In this document: positions 27,401-32,000 of the stretch, piece after piece
Numbering within the stretch: the stretch's first letter is position 1
Layout: each line of letters starts with the position of its first letter
Source: Zygophlyctis sp. KS116
Lineage: Eukaryota > Fungi > Chytridiomycota
Reading direction: 5' to 3'
NCBI GenBank assembly: GCA_054661495.1
Contig: BAAFSQ010000090.1
Location: 4,063 to 36,062 of the forward strand
DNA: 32,000 nucleotides
The notes under the pieces: model-generated
The model's input: the letters and a program-made list of their open reading frames with translations, nothing else
What the model was told of the DNA's origin: nothing
Databases searched by the model: none
Program-made: the position numbers and the translations under genes

Positions 27401-29565
27401 TTTTGATCGTGATAATTGGTCACAGTTGCGGAATATGAAATTCATTCCTGTTATAAAAAATGGCAAACCATTCTGGATGGCTCCTGTGAATGTATACTTC
27501 GGAAAATCTGAAGATAAAATGCTTACTGATTACTTTACGTATATCGGTATTTATATATTTATATTTAATAATATGTTTAGATTTTGGAGTATCAAGCAAC
27601 ATCTTTCTCGGTGCATGCGGCGTAAAAGATGAGCCAACTCCAATTGAATTAGCATATATGATTATACAAGAACCAGATGTTATGCTCTCAGACCATGGAG
27701 TAGAAAATTATTTAGCATTGTTACGCCAGATAGCCTCTAATTATATGTCATTGAAGCATGATTCTAAGTTAGTTTCATGTATGAAAAAATCGGCATTTCT
27801 TATAGGTATAAAAAGTAAAGATCATTCCAATGATACTGACGTAGCTTATCAGCTTGTCCTAGCTAAAGATGTATATCTAATTGACGATACGGTTATCGGA
27901 CAATTATTTAATGTTTTGGGAGCCCCTGTAGAGTCAATTTTGGAACTTATGTATGAGGATCTAGGTTCGACTTGGATTTCTTCCCAAGTAAAGGAGATAA
28001 TAACCCCAATTGGGCAGATGAAAGAAACAGTTCGGACGCAAGACTTGCAGATTTTGATTCATGAAAGAGCGCCTCTACTTTTATATGATGGTCAGCATAT
28101 TCGAAATACAAAAGATATTGTTCCTAACTCGGATAAACTTTTAAAGAATTTGAAGGTTATGGAGGTAGATGAAATCGAAATGTCCCGAAAATTTATGGAA
28201 AAGGTGAAAAAACAAAATACAGGCGCTTGCATGCTAGCTAATAGAGAATCAAAAGCATTTATTCTGTACATATGTCGTGAATTAGATTATTTTGATGTCG
28301 CTAGAGCTTTAAGTAGGATAATATTTAAACAGCCACGTCTTAATGATTCACTCTTACTTTCGACTTTACTTTCAACTTCTCTAGAAAATTTAAGAAGAAA
28401 AGGTTTTCCAGTTGATCGGATTTTGAATCTAAAGAAAACCATGAATTTTGTCGAGCAGTTGGGTAATAATGAAATTCAAAAGTATGCCAAGAGCTCAAAT
28501 ACATCTCTGGATGCAGAAAGGGAAGGGGTAGATCAGCTGTCATCTTTATTTCCAAATATGGATCGGACAAGAATAAAGAATGAATTGCAAAAGGCTTATG
28601 GTTCGGAAAATCCACTTATGTTAGCTGCAGATGCATTAGCCGAAACATCTTTAAATGAATCGAAAAATCACAAAGTGGAAACCCCGAAACATCAATCTAT
28701 CCGTAGTTCTGAGAATGAATCTTCTGGTGGAGTTTTTAACATGTTCAACAGTATCCGAAAAAATTTAGGATTTCATACTGACCAGACTCAGACATCTCAT
28801 GATCAAAAATATTCAAGTACAGTAAATGACAGCACTACTTCTAACCAAAATGTTCAAACTCCACCAAATACTGTAAATCGGAATATAACTCCTTCAATGA
28901 CCTCTTCAATTAAAAACCAACTCTCTAATTCGATTTCTCATCTTTCTGCTGTGGATGACTCAAGAATTCATGCAATCGTTCCAGTAGAACCCCCATCTAG
29001 CCTCAAAAATCAATGCCAAATAAAGATAGACACTGATCTCACTCTTATTGATACGATTAACGGGTTAAGTTTTTACATTGATAAAGGTATTGAAGGTTCT
29101 CAGCGCGATCAGATTATTAAAAGGGATCGACTAGAGCGATTCTCTTTAGTTTTGCGGCATTTAGCGCAAGTATTTGAGATCGACTTACGATCTATGGCCA
29201 TCTATTGGGACCAGAAAGGCGATTCGATTGCATTTAACAGATCTCGATCATTATTCTTTAATGCAAAATACTATACAGGCCTACATTTTCCAAATATAAA
29301 AACCAAAAGCTCATCCTCCATGCCTGGCTCATATATTGGCTCTAATCCCAAAAGTACGTTTTCAATCAGTGATGAGGACTTGAATACTTTCTTCTACTGG
29401 TTTATGGTATTCTGTCACGAGCTAGCGCATAATTTTGTCTCGTATATTATTTTTATCCTAATTGATAGGAACCATGATCAGAATCATGAATTCTGGATGT
29501 CGAGTTTTGCAGAGCAATACATGCACGGACTGATAAAAATGCTGCAGACCATCGGAAAGATTTAA
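24429..29565 (+). CDS. GHKL (HATPase_c, sacsin-like) ATPase / DUF3684 family protein with CUE-like segment and C-terminal HExxH motif, ~1639 aa
   Basis: 8 inferred introns (24561-24584, 24670-24694, 24846-24872, 26313-26338, 26938-26967, 27376-27399, 27547-27580, 29442-29468). ELLQNSNDA, NNGKPF, IAQGNPDEQKIGFFGVGFYS, GRIFIGFPT.QTTG, IPTVERESID, IAFNRSRSLFFN, CHELAHN...H. Confidence 0.88.
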
Positions 29566-29623
29566 CAAACGAATTTCATATTATTTATTTTTAGGATGCA
29601 TTGCTATACCGTATAAGCAATAG

Positions 29624-30061
29624 CTATTTTATATATTGTTTTAATATATATACTTGCTGAATCGGATCAAGCTCTTCAATGAGGTCATCTGAATACCACC
29701 CATTTTCCTCCCAATCAATACTATCAAAATCTTGATTTTCCTGGTTTAAATCATGAATGATATAATCAATGCAGGCTGATTTGGCTACTTCAAGAGCACT
29801 AAATACGCCAATAATCAATCCATTCATAGTTTCCAACCTGAGCACTCTTCTATCATTTTCTGAAATGTTTGGAATTTCTTCATATATGGCCAGCCAAACA
29901 TGCATTTGATCTACTCGTTTCTGCTGAGTTGATGACTTGCCTGATTGACTGACATTTGTTTCATCATCATCTGAAAGAATCACTTTATGTTTTCGTTTCC
30001 TTTTTTTACTATTTTCAATATTGAATAGATTACATTCTAATTTCATTACAACTTGATTCAT
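29624..30061 (-). CDS. Hypothetical protein, 145 aa, with basic NLS-like KKRKRKHK
   Basis: Single ORF filling the gap between two + strand genes. No family recognised. Confidence 0.6.
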   Translation of the reverse strand: MNQVVMKLECNLFNIENSKKRKRKHKVILSDDDETNVSQSGKSSTQQKRVDQMHVWLAIYEEIPNISENDRRVLRLETMNGLIIGVFSALEVAKSACIDYIIHDLNQENQDFDSIDWEENGWYSDDLIEELDPIQQVYILKQYIK

Positions 30062-30268
30062 CAGAGCTATTAATAGTAAAAGCGGTTTTCATTATATGTA
30101 ATCAAGATTTTAAATATTTCGGACAGATTTAGAATTGTCGGACAGTTGCGTTTTAATTTTGTTTTGGGTTTCTCTGCGGACAGAGCTCTGGCCTGATCAG
30201 GATCTGGCTAGACCTGATTAAAATGGGATCTAAACCTGATCATTTCAAATCGGGACCTTTGAAAAAAA
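30062..30268. promoter_or_regulatory. Divergent promoter region with TCGGACA x2, CCTGAT x3 and two 10-bp palindromes
   Basis: TCGGACA at 30119 and 30138, CAGAGCTCTG 30181-30190, CCTGATCAGG 30192-30201, CCTGAT at 30213 and 30235. Confidence 0.45.
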
Positions 30269-30955
30269 ATGAAAATGTATGCTCATGCTCTAGTTGTATT
30301 TCTCTTCAATGCGATTCTCTCCTTACCAACAGGTGCGCCCATTTGTGCCATTGATGAAGCGCGAATCGCGGCTGGACATACAAAGCCCTCTGATGAAGCT
30401 CTAGATTATGAGCTATCAGTTAATAAAAAGGATGATAATTATGAGATCAGTATTAATTCAAAAGCAGAAACTTCTTTTAAGGGAATTCTCATTTATGTTA
30501 TCGGTAAAGATCAAAATACTCATGTTGGCTCTTTTACTTTGCCAAATGAAAACTTCAAGTTTCAGACTGAACTATGCAAATCTCAAGGTATAAATGGAGA
30601 TGCAGGATCAACTATTACTCACGCAAATTCTAATGATAAGTCTTTAGCAGAAACTAAATTTATTTGGAGCCAGGCAAGTTCAAAAGAGAATGGACTCAAA
30701 GTTGTGGCGGTGGTGGCAAAAGATCGAAATCCTTGGAGATTAGTAAAGGAATTATCTATCGATCAGACTCTTAAGCCTCCTTATGAGAACATGCCAAATT
30801 CTTGTAACTCTAGCACTGTGGTAAGCACAACTACAGCAACTACAGCATCTACGTCAACTTGTACAACGCCTGTACATGTAGTAACTGATTCTCAGCCAAT
30901 GCAAAAGATTTTAAAGTGCACAAAGATTAAGAAGGAATGGAAAAAAGTTTATTAG
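30269..30955 (+). CDS. Secreted Reeler-domain protein with Ser/Thr-rich tail, 228 aa
   Basis: Signal peptide then LPTGAPIC, FKGILIYV, VGSF, C..STITHAN, FIW: Reeler-type pattern. Intronless. Confidence 0.75.
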   Translation: MKMYAHALVVFLFNAILSLPTGAPICAIDEARIAAGHTKPSDEALDYELSVNKKDDNYEISINSKAETSFKGILIYVIGKDQNTHVGSFTLPNENFKFQTELCKSQGINGDAGSTITHANSNDKSLAETKFIWSQASSKENGLKVVAVVAKDRNPWRLVKELSIDQTLKPPYENMPNSCNSSTVVSTTTATTASTSTCTTPVHVVTDSQPMQKILKCTKIKKEWKKVY

Positions 30956-31058
30956 GGGTCGGGTATTCTAATAAAGTCTTGCTAGTATCGCTTTAAATTT
31001 CGATCGAATGTCCACATGCCGTTATTGCGGCACTGTACTTGCTTTCAATTTATAAAAA

Positions 31059-32000
31059 ATGCTGTCAAAGTCAATCATCATCTCAATCATTGCTACCTTA
31101 ACTCATGCTTTACCTTCTGGATCTCCATACTGTCAAATCGATGACTCAAACCGGCCTAGTTTTGAGTCTAACCATGGTAAAGAAAGCGCTTCTCCAGTCT
31201 TTGAAGCCCAATTCACTTCTGGAAATGGGGCATATAAGATAAATTTATCTAAAAAGGAAACTCCTATTCATGGCGTATTGCTATATGTTGTTGGATCAGA
31301 TAAGAACAAACATCTCGGACAATTCACTCAAAAAACTGGATTTAAGTTTGTTACTGATTGTACTGGAGGTTCTGGATCAACATTAACTCATGAGAACTCT
31401 GGGGCTAAACAAGATACAGAATTCATTTGGACGCCGGGACCAAACGATAGCGGTCCATTCACATTACATGCAGTTGTTACTGGCGATAAAATGCCATGGC
31501 AAATTCTTACTGTAAATGCTGATCAAGGAAATGGTTCTGCACAAACAGGCGGACCAGTTGCAAAAGATGATCCCTTTGCTGAACTGCCAAATTTCGGAAA
31601 CATCAAAGTTGAGGCTCCAGCAACAGCTTCTGCAACAGAACCACAACCTCCAGTTTCAGAAATACCAGAACCCGAAACTGAAACTGAAGAGACATTCGTA
31701 ACAGGCGGACCAGTTTTAGAAATACCAGAACCCGAAACTGAAGAGACATACGTAACAGGCGGACCAGTTTTAGAAATACCGGAACCCGAAACTGAAGAGA
31801 CATTCGTAACAGGCGGACCAGTTTTAGAAATACCGGAACCCGAAACTGAAGAGACATTCGAACCACAACCTCCAGTTTCAGAAATACCAGAAACTGAAAC
31901 TGAAGAGACATTCGTAACAGGCGGACCAGTTTTAGAAATACCGGAACCCGAAACTGAAGAGACATTCGAACCACAACCTCCAGTTTCAGAAATACCAGAA
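31059..32000 (+). CDS. Secreted Reeler-domain protein with acidic Pro/Glu/Thr repeat stalk (3' partial; absent from ORF track)
   Basis: Open from ATG 31059 to the window end: MLSKSIIISIIATLTHA-LPSGSPYC, HGVLLYVVG, HLGQF, STLTHEN, FIWTP, PWQ. Paralog of 30269-30955. Confidence 0.8.
   Translation, partial: MLSKSIIISIIATLTHALPSGSPYCQIDDSNRPSFESNHGKESASPVFEAQFTSGNGAYKINLSKKETPIHGVLLYVVGSDKNKHLGQFTQKTGFKFVTDCTGGSGSTLTHENSGAKQDTEFIWTPGPNDSGPFTLHAVVTGDKMPWQILTVNADQGNGSAQTGGPVAKDDPFAELPNFGNIKVEAPATASATEPQPPVSEIPEPETETEETFVTGGPVLEIPEPETEETYVTGGPVLEIPEPETEETFVTGGPVLEIPEPETEETFEPQPPVSEIPETETEETFVTGGPVLEIPEPETEETFEPQPPVSEIPE
31638..32000 (+). repeat. Coding minisatellite, 54-nt unit, two variants (EPQPPVSEIPEPETEETF / VTGGPVLEIPEPETEETF)
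   Basis: About 6.5 near-identical units in the order A,B,B,B,A,B,A, running off the window. Confidence 0.95.

Noticed and set aside
31603-31974. 123-aa minus-strand repetitive ORF
   Set aside because: Antisense shadow of the Reeler-protein repeat stalk.
31638-32000. Regular repeats resembling a CRISPR array
   Set aside because: No unique spacers, unit length is a multiple of 3 within an open frame, eukaryotic context and no cas genes: a coding minisatellite.

Overview
Gene-dense, AT-rich eukaryotic nuclear DNA from a flagellated (zoosporic) fungus, most likely a chytrid. This is inferred from fungal-type genes (NoxR-like, Vps10, Rsm25, Osm1-b5, DUF3684) occurring together with the axonemal gene GAS8/DRC4. 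The ORF track is fragmented by ultra-short spliceosomal introns: I reconstructed 50 by eye, all 24-34 nt, and each spliced model gives an intact frame. Sixteen protein-coding genes are supported: two tandem NoxR/p67phox-like paralogs, an HCN/CNG-like channel, a Vps10 with three luminal modules, IST1, fumarate reductase-cytochrome b5, VPS8, endosulfine, GAS8, a divergent RED/IK-like protein, RSM25, two hypothetical proteins, a GHKL-ATPase/DUF3684/HExxH protein and two secreted Reeler-domain proteins (the last runs off the window in a 54-nt repeat array). Most notable are the miniature intron system, a GC-AG intron that could switch the b5 domain on or off, the triple-module Vps10, an AAGFG pore signature, a homogenised 5' half of the NoxR pair, and recurrent intergenic motifs (TCGGACA, CCTGAY). 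No RNA genes, CRISPR arrays or transposons were recognised. All gene models are manual and unverified by transcripts or database searches.
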